Origin: Lepidodermella squamata
Lineage: Eukaryota; Animalia; Gastrotricha
Direction of reading: 5' to 3'
Length of the DNA: 64,000 bases
NCBI GenBank assembly: GCA_047495785.1
Contig: JBLDXI010000029.1
Coordinates: 3,596,001-3,660,000, forward strand
Shown one piece after another: positions 1-12,877 of this stretch. Numbering within the stretch: position 1 is the stretch's first letter; every line of letters begins with the position of its first letter. The notes under the pieces were generated by a model. The model did not search any database and was not told the origin of the DNA. It was given only the letters and a program-made list of their open reading frames with translations. Position numbers and translations under genes: made by a program.

Positions 1-178
1 TTAACTCTCGACGATCCGACACTCTCAAGTTAACTCAATGTTTTAAAACTAAGCCTAAGGAAAACTGACCATTTAATCTTTATTGAAAAAAATTCAAAAA
101 GGCTCACTACTCATCTCATCTCATGGCATAAGCCCTTAATTCTCACAGCTTCTGCTGACTGAGGTTCATCCGGCTCGT

Positions 179-544
179 CTACTTGACCCAGCTCGTGGCG
201 TCAATCCTCGCGGGCCCATTATGGCAACCATTCAGCAGGTAACACCTGCGCGCGGGTGTGCCCAAGACGGATTTCATGAACGTCAGGGCTTGACAGCCGG
301 GTTTTGTTGAGCACATAAGTTTGCAGACATCTTCAGTCAACTGCAATGCGCCGGTTATAAGCTGCACTAGATTGGACGGATTTATGTTCAAGTTTGTAGT
401 TGTTCGACAATCGCCCAAAGCTGCTTTGTAACCTTCACAAATCAAGAATCACTGTTTATTGCATGGCTATATTTCCCGATGACAGATAACTTACGTGCCG
501 ACGAAGAACGTCAAAGCTAAGGCGACTGCGAACTTGTTAGACAT
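179..544 (-). pseudogene. Small secreted PAN/apple-domain gene, copy 1 (exon 1 probably out of phase)
   Basis: Exon 1 MSNKFAVALALTFFVG (544-496) ends in phase 2 at GTAAGT, whereas paralogues end in phase 1 (short deletion). Exon 2 carries the C..CxxxC..C..CYL..C pattern. Confidence 0.6.
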
Positions 545-612
545 GGCTTGAGTTTATGATGAAAACGAATATCAAATTTGAAGAATGAAAAATTAAGCGA
601 TTAACGCCGTAA

Positions 613-618
613 TTTATA
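613..618 (-). promoter_or_regulatory. TATA box of PAN gene; promoter block repeated at ~3080, ~9900, ~10850 (orphan) and ~12400
   Basis: CCTATAAAT on the minus strand ~70-120 nt upstream of each PAN ATG, inside a shared upstream block. Confidence 0.5.
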
Positions 619-1037
619 GGCGTTTTATTGTCTGAGAACTCTTGCGCTAACTAATAACAGACAAAACGGCATACATGCGTGATGCAGCTGAAGCAATGAG
701 AGTTGAGTGGTACGTGACAAAAAATGCTTGCCGCTTAAGGGAAAATAGCGAAACGGTCTGCCAATTTTAATGAATATTACTTTATGAGTAATTTCTCAAG
801 TGTTCTACTTTGCATGAATTATAGCGAATCTTCATTGCAATAATAATAGAAAATGTTGCAGCTGATGCGACAGGCCCTGTAACCACCGAAAAATTTCCGT
901 AGTATGCGAAGGAGACATCGCCGCAAGGTTATGCTCCCGAAATAGCTAATTTAATTTTCATGAAATAAATTCAAGCAAGCTAATTCCCTTGTTCCTTCAA
1001 ATCGCGAATTATTACAGAGAGCCAACATCACCAAATT

Positions 1038-1905
1038 ATGGTCGAAGTTCGGTTGATCTTATTCCTAACAGCAACTCTCGGGTTATGCCAAGTCTAAGCT
1101 AGTTCCAACGACACAGCGAAAAGGCAGAAGAAGCCAATCCGACTTCTGATGCTGTCGTTACTAGTAATGACCGGGCATGAACTTAGGGGCAACATGACGT
1201 GTAAAGCTGCCCGAGAAATGGTTTTTCAAATGGTCAACGAACAGCAAGACTTTCTTTCCAGCTACTAAATCGAGCTCGATTTTCGAAACGAAGGTTTCTT
1301 AGGCGGACTATCCGTAAGAGAAACTATGGCATTTACACGGAGAATCGAAACTTCAACAGTCAAAATAGCCTCCCCAGTTTTAACTGGGCCATTTCTGTCG
1401 TCAGCATGCTGCCCAGTTGCGTCCAAAATTCGTATGTTCGAGTTTCCAGCGTGAATTCAGGCGATCCTCTGATGGCGCTTCGATTTCTGTGCCAATGCTT
1501 TAAATTCGGTATGAAAGTGTAACCGCTGGGTTCTTTATCCACAAGTCACTCTAGTATTCAACTCTACACTTTATTATCAGCAATTACAGTAATTGTTATA
1601 ACTTGACTCCAGCGATGCTACAGACTACGTGAACCACTAGCGGTGTAACAAAGGTGCATCTAAACCTGAGCTAACAAGACCACTTTGATCCTATCGATCC
1701 GTGGTATTTATATAGCATGAATTCTACATCTATTTGACCATACAAGGAAAGTCTATAGATCAGCAACATCGATTATCGTCAATTCAATCAATTATCTAGC
1801 GCGCTGAATCATCCGGTTATCATCATCAATAATAATATCATTAACAATCATTCAGCCGCTACAAAAGGACCAAGGTATTTGTTCATTTTTCAATTCGTAA
1901 CCTAA
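1038..1905 (+). pseudogene. Relic of class C GPCR gene (paralogue of 12878-15125)
   Basis: Colinear with 12878-13610. Keeps a signal-peptide-like start MVEVRLILFLTATLGLC but has in-frame stops, a large deletion and a solo LTR insertion. Confidence 0.8.
1518..1863. mobile_element. Solo LTR (346 bp), Gypsy-like
   Basis: TGTA...TACA termini and a 4-bp TSD AAAG (1514-1517, 1864-1867). Removing it restores colinearity with the GPCR paralogue near 13570. Confidence 0.75.
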
Positions 1906-2553
1906 GCATTCATTTCCCAACTACTTGGTTGGCGGGTGCAATTATTTGACTTCTAACTGCAAAAAGTGAGAAGCGATCAGCAGAAAAAGGTTGCCTATTT
2001 TGAAGGGGTAAAGGTAATAAAGTATAAAAGATCATAGCAAATGCAAGAGAACGCACGCGAGCGAATTTTTATTCCTTGTTCGCGTACCTTCGCTTACTTA
2101 ACTAGATGCACAGTACTTTTCTAATAAGAACTTTTTTCAGAAGTGCGAGTTCTTCCGCGACGAGTTGCCACTTGCCAATGGGCTCTACATTCGAAACATT
2201 CTTTCTGTGAAGAAGGAACAATCTGGCTTAGTCATAAAGATCGGCGCCATTTGCAGCGGTTATCTTAAATTCTTGAGCCAGATTTCCAAAGTAGCTCATA
2301 CACGGACGAAAGCTCCTGCTCTCCACCAACTGTTCTTTTTAACAGCCCGCTGATCAAAGGCATTGAACTTGTCCTTTTCCCTGAGGTTAGGTGCCAATTG
2401 ACGCCATTAAAAATAAAATCGAACGAACATCGATTTTCTTTAATTAAAATAACGCCAACGCAATTGGACCTATTAATCTTTATTTGAATCAAACTCTGAT
2501 AAGGCTCAGTACACATCTCATCCTATATGGTATTAGCTCTTCATTCTCACCGC

Positions 2554-2963
2554 TCACACGGCTCGGAGTGGTAGGATCCAGTTCTTGGTGCGATTCGTCG
2601 CGGGCCCAGTACCATAATAATAGCAACCTGTCAGCAGGTAGCACCTGCGATCGGTAGTGCCGACGGAAGTCGCGAACGTGACAGCATTACATCTTGATTT
2701 TAAAACGCAGAAGGTTCTGCAGGCTTCTTCATCCATCAGAGTAGCTGGGCGGGTCATAAGCTCGATTAGATTGGGTGGATTTATGTCTATGTTCGTATTG
2801 TTCGTACGTGAGCGACAATCGCCAGTCACAGCCGAGAAACCTTCACAAATCAAGAATATCGCATTTAATAACATGGCCATATTTCCCGATAAAAAAACTA
2901 ACCTGCCGAGCAAATGCCAGCCACGAACGTCAGAGCTAAGACGACTGCGAGCTTGTTAGACAT
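2554..2963 (-). CDS. Small secreted PAN/apple-domain protein, copy 2 (2 exons)
   Basis: Signal peptide MSNKLAVVLALTFVAGICSA, phase-1 GT-AG intron, then GDC...ACRTFCVLKSRCNAVTF...RCYLLTGC. Confidence 0.7.
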
Positions 2964-3554
2964 GGCTTGAATTCACAACGAAAACGAATATCAAATTTGA
3001 AGAATGAAAAGTTTGATAACCAGTTTTTTGGAATACAAACGGTTGATGAAGAATGAAAAATAAGCGATTAGCGCGATAATTTATAGGCGTTTCTTGTACT
3101 AAAACTCTTGCACTAACTAAGGACAGAGAAAACCGAATAGATGCGTGGTGCAGCTGAAGCAATGAGAGTTGGGCGGTACGTGACAAAACATGTTTGCCGC
3201 TTTAGGGAAATATAGAAAAGTTCTGCCAATTTCTATGAATTTTACTGGGTGACTACTTTCCCACGTGTTCTACCCCCTCCCCTTTCCCCTCCCCTTCCTC
3301 CCTGATCTTTAGTAAAAAACATTGCAGCTGATGCAACAGGCGCTATAGCCGGCGAAATTTGTTGTGTTATGCGAACAAAGGCGATGTAGGAAAATGTTCT
3401 GATCCCCTTTTATGTTTGAATTATATCTTGAGTGCAATGTGAAAGATAGAGGCAGGTAGAAATATAAACGTCATCGGGTAATTAGCCGGATGCTCCAGCA
3501 AATTTAATTATCGTGAAATGAATTTGTGCCACCTAATGCTATTCTCCATTCGTA

Positions 3555-3700
3555 CCAGTGCGCGAAGTAGGATCCTCGAACTGGGGGGTATTTTTGGGCC
3601 CAAATTTGAGCACCAAAGGGTCCCCCCTGTGGTTTTTTGGGGGATTTTCCTTTTTGGCCTTGCGAACTGGGGGTCCGATACCCCTCATAGCCGCTGCAAA
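3555..3700 (+). mobile_element. MITE-family fragment (CAGTG end), related to ~59930-60075 and ~36885-37000
   Basis: CAGTGCGCGAAGTAGGATCCTC...GGGTCCCCCCTGTGG resembles the reverse complement of the 59930-60075 segment. Confidence 0.55.
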
Positions 3701-4507
3701 ATGGACCGAAATGATGCCTTTCCTCGATCTCCAAATATAGCTTCAAGGAAAGGGGATAGTTTCTATAATATGCTGAATATGAATATGAGATGTCATGAAT
3801 CTAGGACATTTTTAGTTAAGTGCCAAAAATTGCTATTTTGATGACATATTAATTTCGATCGCTCTTGAGGTCAGTAACAAGTATCATGCGCCAGGATGAT
3901 GCGGTGACCACCAGTACCGCTTCTGGTTATAGCCAGCCTCAAGGCTTTACCTTACGCTTCTGTGCCAGTGAGGTTGACGCCTGGCGATTTCTTGCAGCAG
4001 CCGACACCAACGCTAACGGTGAAGCACATGTAATTTGTGTTTACATCAACTAGTATTGGTCCACAATAACATTCGATAACAAATTCGCATTGTCCATAAC
4101 GAACTGGAATGTGTGCCTCTGAAGACCAGACCGTATATACGATCCCCGTTGAAATATGTGATAATCTCCTATGTACTTCCTAAATGTTTTATTGTCTGAT
4201 TAGATTTCAGCTCAAAATGTTAAGAAGCAATATGCCAGTCGGCAGCCGCGCCCTGCTGAGACGAGTTAGCGGGCCTGAACCTCCACCTGCCCCCGGATAA
4301 GCTCAAGGTGGCTCCGATGTATTCCAATTATTGCGCGAGGGTGAGAAAATCCTGATGGTGAGTGATGTACCGCTACCCTCACCCCTGGCCCTCCGATACG
4401 AGGATGTGGACTTGAGGAGGAAAGGAGGACGAGGAAATCCCCGCACCGTCCCTTGCAGTCGAGCTTCACGCCGCGCCGGGCGTTGGAGAACTCGGTAGAG
4501 AACCCTG

Positions 4508-5011
4508 AGGGGTTTTTTTTATTCGCAACACTTCGAACAGTATGTACTGTATTTTGTGTATTGTCGTTCGAAAATAGCACTTTCTGCAAAAAATGCTAAA
4601 ATCATCTACGCATTCATAAATTCGCTATATTTTATACAGTACAAAGTGTATTTTTCCAGCACGTGATTTTTGAATCTGTACAAAATACGCAACCTTGTAA
4701 GTCAGCCGCAAATGCGACTTTGTTTACTAGGCGAAATTGATATGGAGGGTTCGGCTCCTCGTGGGGTCAAGCCATTTTTTTCTTATAATTTTCGTCTTGG
4801 CACTTTTTATGCGCACAAGCAGCCCCATTTCTACACTTTGCACACTTTTTCTGGCTGTATTACTTGTAGGAAAAATAGGGCTGTATTTTTTGTATTTTTT
4901 ATAAGAATCCGCAGAAAATGCAGTAGAAATACAGTATTTCTGTAGCGAATTTTCGAATGCAAAAATCTGTAGCTGTAGCTGTATTTCCTGTTGCGAATAA
5001 AAAAAACCCTC
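4508..5011. mobile_element. MITE with ~21-bp TIR (GGGTTTTTTTTATTCGCAACA)
   Basis: Inverted repeats at ~4510-4530 and ~4989-5009 with AT-rich non-coding interior; no clear TSD. Confidence 0.6.
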
Positions 5012-5271
5012 TGCGCCGCGCCCGATGGTCGATCGGAACCCTACGCCGCACCCGATGGATGGTCTGCGCTCCGCCCCGGACCAGGCGATCGACCAGCAGC
5101 CACCACCAAGCCGCCCGCTAACTGACCTGCTGCGGCCCCTATGAACAAGATAGGTCATTTTTTTCTGGACGCAAAAAATTCAAATGAAGACAAAAAGAAC
5201 ACGCTCGTTTATTCTAACTCTTAATTCATTAAAACTCAGCTACAACCTCTGTTTTATCCTCAAACAAAAAA

Positions 5272-6265
5272 ATGGCAAATGATTGGGATAATAAATAAAA
5301 TAAAGAAAAGGTATGGGCATTGAACCTGGAGCCAGTTGCGGAGTCGGCCGTGAAACAGCCCTGGAGCTGGTGAAATTAGGCGCAAGTTGTGTTATCATGT
5401 CGTAATTTTAAAGCTGGTCGAAATGCGGTCAAATACATTCGGGAAAAAGCCGGTGGCCGATGTCCACTACGAAGATGAGGTCGAACAACTAGCCCTTTGC
5501 CATCTCGATCTTGGCTCGCTAGAATCGGTTCGCAAAGTCGCAACACAGATTAATGATTAGGAAAGGAAGTTACATGTTCTTATCAACAATGCAGGCGTTT
5601 TCCCAGAAAGTTATATGAAAGGTTATACGGCTGATAGATTTGAACTTTGCTTTGGAACAAACAATTTGGACCATTTTCTGTTAACAAAACTGCTTCTCGA
5701 TCTTCTGAAAATTTAAGTTGCTGATAAGATGTGGAACTTGCTTTTTGTGGTAAAAATAAACTCTTCTCGAAAGATTAAGATCAGCCCCAGCTCGTGTTAT
5801 TGCGGTCTCAGCAACCGTACACGAATTCTCCTGGCCATTGATTTCACATTGACGATCCCAACTTCGAAAAATCATGGTACTTTAGCTTCCTGTCGTCCTC
5901 TCAGTCGAAACTCGCCACCGTTCTGTTCGCCTACGAACTCGACCGCCGTCTCCATTCTGGATCTCACCCACTGCTGTCACTACATTCAGCTTACACATAG
6001 GTGAAATAGAAACGTAACTTCACCGTTGACTTCACTCTCTGCTCTTCCCCCTGCGAAAACTGTGGTACTGAACCCCGATTCGGGGTGCAGCGACTACGGT
6101 TTGTTGCGCCACAAAACCAGGGATAGAAAAATACTCTGGGAAGTTATAGGGTTCGAAAATCTGATTTTTTTAATTTGGTTGTTTCCATGTTCAGAAAATC
6201 AGCAACTGAGGAAACGTTTGCGTTCGCCCATGATGACGTAGTCGCCACTCAATTGTGGGACGTTG
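5272..6265 (+). pseudogene. Degenerate RDH12-like SDR, subtype A
   Basis: Aligns by eye with intact copies (e.g. 28175) but has many frameshifts and stops. Confidence 0.85.
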
Positions 6266-6650
6266 GACATTTGACGATTGTGAAATCGACTGTTTCAAAT
6301 GCTGAAAATGAACAAAAATAAATCAATTTCACCCAATATTTAATATCTTGGGCTGACTTTTTTGATAAAAGTAGTTCAAAATATTGGTCCCGCGTCGATG
6401 GCAGATTCAAAACAACTATTGAACACGTCTATATACCATCGTTTCATTATTTGATGAATTTTTCATGCGAAAAGTGAATGTAACTGGAAGAACCAGTTGT
6501 TCTAGCGTGTAAATTAGGTCAATTTTTTCTGGACGCGGCGTCACATGCTTCATTGAATGAAGGAAAAGAAAAAAACCGCAAGCTCATGCATTCTGCCATT
6601 TGTTATTGAAAACCATACAACGAGTTTGCTCTAACACTCTGAATTTGATA

Positions 6651-7525
6651 ATAGCGACCGATTGGAATATCAAGGGCAAAGTTTGCATTGCAACTGGAGC
6701 CAACTGTGGCATCGGCCGTGAAACCGCTCTGGAACTTGTCCTACGAGGCGCTGGTCGTGTTATTCTCCCCTGCCGTAATTTAGAAGCCGGTCAAAATGCG
6801 GTCAAATACATTCGCGAAATAGCCGATGTCCACAGCGAAGATGAGGCCGAGCGACGCCAGGCCCTTCGTCATCTCGATCTCGGCTCTTTTGAATCGGTAC
6901 GCGAATTCGCGGCACAGATTAAGGCCGAGGAAAAGCAGCTGCAGCAGCAAATTTGACAAATTAATGAAGTATTTTCATCGATTGGCAGATCAGCCCCAGC
7001 TCGGGTTGTAGTGGTCGCTTCTCTTGTTCACAAGTTCTGCTGGCCTTGGGGCTTCCACATCGACGATCCAAATTACGAGACCTCATGGTACTTCGGCATC
7101 GCTTCTTACTGCCAGTCGAAACTTGCCAACGTGCTGTTCACCCACGAGCTCAATCGCCGTCTCAACTCTGAGTCACCGTCTGGCGTTACCGTATACAGCC
7201 TTCATCCTGGCGCCGTCAGCACGGAGCTAGCGCGAAACTCGCCTTGGATTTCATTTTTGACTGCTCCGCTTCGAAAGTGGTTCTTCCTCACCCCAACCCA
7301 GGGAGCGGCTACTACGCTTTACTGCGCTACAACACCCGGCATTGAGAAATATTCTGGCAAATATTTTTCGTAAGTGGAGATTAGAAAATCTTAATTTTAA
7401 CATGGCATTTTCCCATTTTTAGAAATTCGGCTGTGGAGGAAACATTTGCGTACGCTCATGATGACGTAGTTGCTACTCGTTTGTGGGACCTGAGTGAGAA
7501 ATTGATCGCTGAAAAGTCAAAGTGA
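6651..7525 (+). pseudogene. RDH12-like SDR pseudogene, subtype A
   Basis: Start codon ATG>ATA at 6651; 3' part of exon 1 and its donor deleted; exons 2-3 retain YCQSK. Confidence 0.8.
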
Positions 7526-7674
7526 GGCTAGTTTGAATATGAAATGTTTCGAAGTAATTTCTTGGATTCGAAGCGAGTTGACGAACTAAATACTAAATGA
7601 ACTATGTGTCGGGAATGAGGTCATTTTTGTTTCTCTCATATTTTATTTTCTTCATATATATAGAACTTTTAAAC

Positions 7675-8788
7675 ATGGATTCTGGAGATTGGACAATTAG
7701 AGGCAAGGTTTGCCTCGTAACTGGAGCTAATGTCGGCCTGGGCCGGGAGACTGTTCTCGAGTTGGTGAAGCAAGGCGCAAAACGAGTCATCATGGCGTGT
7801 CGAAACATGCAAACCGCCGCCGAAGCCGTTCAATACATCCGAGAAAAAGCTGGACTAACCGATGAAGAGGAAGCCGAACAGCGATTGTCACTTCGAAACC
7901 TGGACTTGGCGTCGATGGCTTCGATTCGTAAATTCGCCGCGGAAGTGAATGCCCAGGAACCGGAGTTGCATGTGTTGATCGAGAATGCAGCGGTTTACGG
8001 ACCGAGTGAAAAAGCGCTCACAGCTGATGGCTTCGAAATAAGCTTCGGGACGAACCATTTGGGCCATTTCCTGCTCACGCAACTCCTACTTGATCTGCTG
8101 AAAAAGTTTCTTTTCATAATTTAAGAAAAAATCTCGAAACCCCATAATATCGCCCTTTTTGCTGTCTAGAAAGACAAAATTTAGGATTGGAATAATTTTA
8201 ATCAACTTTAATCTGTTCAACACAACGTTCGTGCATTTAACGCAGGTCTGCTCCAGCTCGAATTGTGGTTGTTTCAGCTTTGGCTTACAAATTCTGCTGG
8301 CCATGGGGATTCCCAATTGATGATTTCAATTACGAACGAGGCTGGTTCAGCGCTTGGATTGCCTACAGCCGGTCGAAACTTGCCAACATTCTGTTTACTC
8401 GCGAACTCGAAAAACGGCTGAATGCAGGGGATCAAAAATCTGGCATCACCGTGTACTGCCTTCATCCAGGTATTATCCAGACCGAAATAGGGCGGCATCG
8501 TAACCAATGGCTTCAAGCAATAATGCGACCCATTGGTGCCTACTTTCGAAGTTCGGTTTCTGATGGCATTAAAACAACGATGCATTGCGCGACCCAGCCC
8601 GGAATCGAGAATTACTCCGGTCGATACTTCACGTGAGCATTTTTCTCGTTATTGAGAAATGCAATTTTCTGTACTATTTTATTGATTTCAGCGACTCGCA
8701 AGCTGTGGATGTTTGGGCTTTGGCAATGGATGACACCAAGGCAAAAGATCTGTGGGAACTTAGCGAGCGCTTGGTCTCCCAGAAATGA
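7675..8788 (+). CDS. RDH12-like SDR, subtype B; exons 7675-8105, 8246-8632, 8692-8788
   Basis: TGANVGLG Rossmann motif, LDLAS, TNHLGHF, catalytic YSRSK, LHPG; phase-compatible GT-AG introns. Confidence 0.9.
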
Positions 8789-9471
8789 ATGGAAACATTA
8801 TTAAATACGAGATAAATAGTGAAATAAAATTATTTCTATTTCTTACTTGAGTTCAGAGAGTTATGGAGATATCGAATCGAATGAGCCTTTATTTAGCGCA
8901 GTTGATATCTTCTAACATTCAAGACGGTGTAGTAATGAAAATGACAACATTGTGTTCGAGATGACGTAAGCAGGAATCTTTTACCAACTCAACTTATAGG
9001 CCCAACTTAACTTGCTTTTCAGCGATAAGAACAATCCGTTAGTTGAAAATCAGAGGCTAAGCCTGAGCGCCTACTGGGGGGACCGTTTATGTGCGCTTAC
9101 TCTGGTTTGAAGCCTGCTTTGTTGGGAACCCCTGGAAGTCGGTGAGTCGGGAGTCTCGACTTTGGAGAGTTTCCGAAGTTTGATGGAGAGTTTGCTTTCA
9201 ATAGAAGAAGAGCTATTTGAGAGCTATCTCGAAAAAACTCTAAATGTAACACTATGGAGCCCTGTGGATATAATCTATTTATTCAATATATAATATATAA
9301 AAATAAAATCGAAGGGAGATCGAGTCAATATTATTATCATAACGCCAAAGCAAAATGAAATAATTAATCTTTATTTTTATCAATCTCCGATAAGGCTCCC
9401 TACTCATCTCATCTTCTGGCATTAGCCCTGCATTCTCACCGCTTCTGCTGATTGAGGTTCATCAGGCTCGG

Positions 9472-9826
9472 CTACATGACCCAGCTCTTGGCGCCAATCG
9501 TCGCGGGCCCATTAGCGCAACTATTCAGCATGTAGCACCTACGCGGAGAATCCACGAGCGTGATGGCAACACAACCTTTTTGAAATATGCAGAGAGTTTC
9601 ACAGACCACTTCAAGCATGCGATCAGCTGCCTCCAAGTGGACTAGATTGGATGGATTCACTTTCAAGTCTGTGGATGTTCGACACTCGCCTGTCACTGCT
9701 TTGTAACCTTCACAAAACAAGAATCGGATTTAATAACATGGCTTTATTTCCGATGAAAAATAACATACCTGAGCAAACGCCAACGACGAACGCCAGAGCT
9801 AAAACAACTGCGAGCTTGTTAGACAT
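9472..9826 (-). CDS. Small secreted PAN/apple-domain protein, copy 3
   Basis: MSNKLAVVLALAFVVGVCS, phase-1 intron, then GYKAVTGEC...CETLCIFQKGCVAITL...RCYMLNSC. Confidence 0.75.
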
Positions 9827-11529
9827 GGCTTGATTTAAGAAAGAATACGAATATGCAATTTAAAGAATGTTATATCAAAAAATTGTCGATATGCGCCATT
9901 ATTTATAGGCCTTTCTTGTCCTCTTGCACTAACTAAAACAGACAAAACGGCAAACATGTGCGATGCAGCTGAAGAAATGTGAGGTCAGCAGTATGGAGAA
10001 AAACATGTTTGCCGCTTAAGGGAAAGGATCCGCCAATTTTAAAGAATTTTACTGGGCGAATAATTTCTCTATTGTTTCACCTCGCCGATCTTCAGTAAAA
10101 AAACTTAGCAGCTAAGGACGCTTTAGACAGTTAATGTCTATGGGCGCTAAGGTTTGCCAATTTTAATTAATTTTACCGGGTGAACAATTTCTCACGTGTT
10201 CCACAGTGAAAAACATCGCAGCTGTTGCAACAGGCGCTATAGCCGACGAAATTGCGAAAGGTTCTTAGCGCCATCTATGCTTATATTATATCTTGAGTGC
10301 AATGTGAAAGATAGCGGCTCTTAGTAATAAATATAAACGTCATCGGGGGAATAGCCGGGTGCTCCACCTAATTGACCGCAGCAAAGTGAAAAGTGTATCT
10401 TTGCGATTTTTAATTATTTTCAGCAGCCAGAAAAACAAGTCTCGGGGTCAACCAAGGCCGCTCTGGCTTCAACTACTAACCTTATGGAGTTTGAGTCGTA
10501 GATTCCGAATTTTGCATCTATAAATTCTCTATATCATCAAAGCATTAATTGGCGATTTTTTCCTACATTCGTACGCATTTTTTACGATGCAGACATCGAC
10601 ATTTGTGCACATTGAAAGTTTTGGCATTTTGCCGAAGTGCAATGAAAGCAAATGCCGCCCTAATTTTCCAACGCGCGCTTATTTGGCCCTACAACTGCAA
10701 CAGCCGTAATACAACCGGTCCTCGAAATCGCCACTCACTTCATTGTGTGCAATTGCTTTTTCTAACATTCCAAGGGTGAATTTGCATGGGCCTTACTATA
10801 AGAACACACTGGGGGATCGGAAATACCAGCCATAGGTCCTGAACTGCTAATTTATAGGCGCTTCTTGTACGAAAACTCTTGCACTAACTAAGGACAGAGA
10901 AAACGGAAAACATGCTTGATGCAGCTGAAGCAATGAGAGTTGGTCGGTACGTGAAATAAACATATTTGCCGCTTTAGGGAAATATCGAGAAGCTCTGCCA
11001 ACTGCCAATTTAAATAAATTTTACTGGGTGAATACTTCTCACTTGTTCTACAGTCTGGTTTATACAGTGTATATGAAGAGCAGTGCCTCGCAAATTTTTT
11101 CACCAACGGCATTTTTGGCGGCCGGAAAGCCTTTGCTTTGGTTGATACAATCAGCTGCAATGCCTTTCATCGGCCGCAAATTTTGTTTTCAGCTATACAA
11201 GCAACTGTTTTTCTTGACAAATTATCTTTCGCGAGAGTTCTATTGCGAAGGAGTTAATTAATGAGGCCTTTATAAGCAGATCGATTCCACAGGTCCCAAA
11301 AGTGAGCTTCAACTACCTAAACAGAAGTGACTCCTTCCTGTACTATTGGCACTTCTTGAGCGATCCTAATAGCCCACCACAGTTCTGACCGCGAATGATA
11401 ACCCTGCATAGCTACCGGGGTCTTAAATTCAATTAACGTACATAATTTGTTTTGCCGCTCCTCTTTACTAATCGATATATATGAGGAAAAATTCTCAAAA
11501 CTGGGAATGGACCCAGCAATACAGAGGTT

Positions 11530-11650
11530 GCTGATAAAGCCGAGTTTGCGGAGCACTAATGGCAGACGGCTTCAGTTAAAGCGATCAGCTGAATGCAGCT
11601 GGACTGGATTGGATGGATTCACTGTCAAGTTTGTAGAAGTTCGACTAAGG
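11530..11650 (-). pseudogene. PAN-gene exon 2 relic
   Basis: Short match to the NPSN/CRTST-coding segment of the paralogues; no intact frame or exon 1. Confidence 0.45.
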
Positions 11651-11961
11651 TGTGACAGCGCGGTGGTTAAGCTACACACTTATGTACCAGGTACATGCTA
11701 GAAGCTACATATCCATCTGGCATAATTGTAAGAATAACTTACCTGAAAGACTTCAGTTTACAGGAAAGATTCAAGCTGCAACGCCTTAAAAGCACATGAT
11801 GGGCGACTTTGAGTTCAATTCAATAAAGTAAAATAACCACGCCAAAGCAAAATTGACCAATAATTAATCTTTATTGTTATCATTCTCGAATAAGGCTCAC
11901 TGCTCATCTCATCTTATGGCATTAGCCCTTCATTCTGCTGGCTGAGGTTCACCAGGCTCGC

Positions 11962-12331
11962 CTACTTGACCCAGCTCGCGGCGCCATTCACCGCGGGCCC
12001 GTTAGCGCAACTATTCAGCATGTAGCACCTGCCCGCGGGTGTGACCAAGGCGGAATTTACGATCGTAATAGCATTACAATTTTCTTGAAATACGCAGAAA
12101 ACTTGGCAGACGCTTGGATTCATGATCTTGCCCGTTAGCAGCTTGACTAGATTGGATGGATTGACGTTCAAGTCTGTAGATGCTCGACAATCGCCTGCCA
12201 CAGAACTGTAACCTTCACAAATCAAGAATCCCATTTAATAACATGGCTATATTTCCAATGAAAAATAGCTTACCTGAGCAAACGCCAACGACGAACGCCA
12301 GAGCAAAGGCAACTGCGAGCTTTTTTGACAT
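11962..12331 (-). CDS. Small secreted PAN/apple-domain protein, copy 4
   Basis: MSKKLAVAFALAFVVGVCS, phase-1 intron, then GYSSVAGDC...CQVFCVFQENCNAITI...RCYMLNSC. Confidence 0.75.
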
Positions 12332-12877
12332 GGCTTGAGTTTATGATGAAAACGAATATCAAATTTGAAGAATGAAAAATTAAGCGATTAGCGCGATAAT
12401 TTATAGGCGTTTTTTGTACTAAAACTCTTGCACTAACTATCAACAGGCGAAACGGCAAACATGCGCGATGCAGCTGAAGCAATGAGAGCTTTGGGTAAAG
12501 GCCAAAAATGCTTGGCGCTTAAGGAAGCGGCTTTGCCAAGTTTTATGAATTTTAATGGGTGAATAATTTCACAATTGTTTTACTTGGCCGATCTTCAGTA
12601 AAAAACATCGCAGCTGATGCGATAGGCGCCATAGCCGGCGAAATGTGTGGTGTTAAGCAAACAAAGGCGACATTGTCAAAAGTTTTAAACGCGAATAATT
12701 GGTGAATTACATCTTGAGTGCAATGTGAAAGATAGAGGCAAATAGGCAAACGTCATCGGGTAATTTGATGCCCCAGCAAATTTAATTATCATGAAATGAA
12801 TTCGTGCGACCAAATTCCCTTCTTCATTCACATCGAACAGTATCGAACAGCCTACATCATCAAAATATGTTCGGCAA

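Noticed and set aside
4240-5158. ORFs 4266-4589, 4670-4945 and 4727-5158 as genes
   Set aside because: They run across a MITE and GC-rich fragments and show no recognisable protein features.
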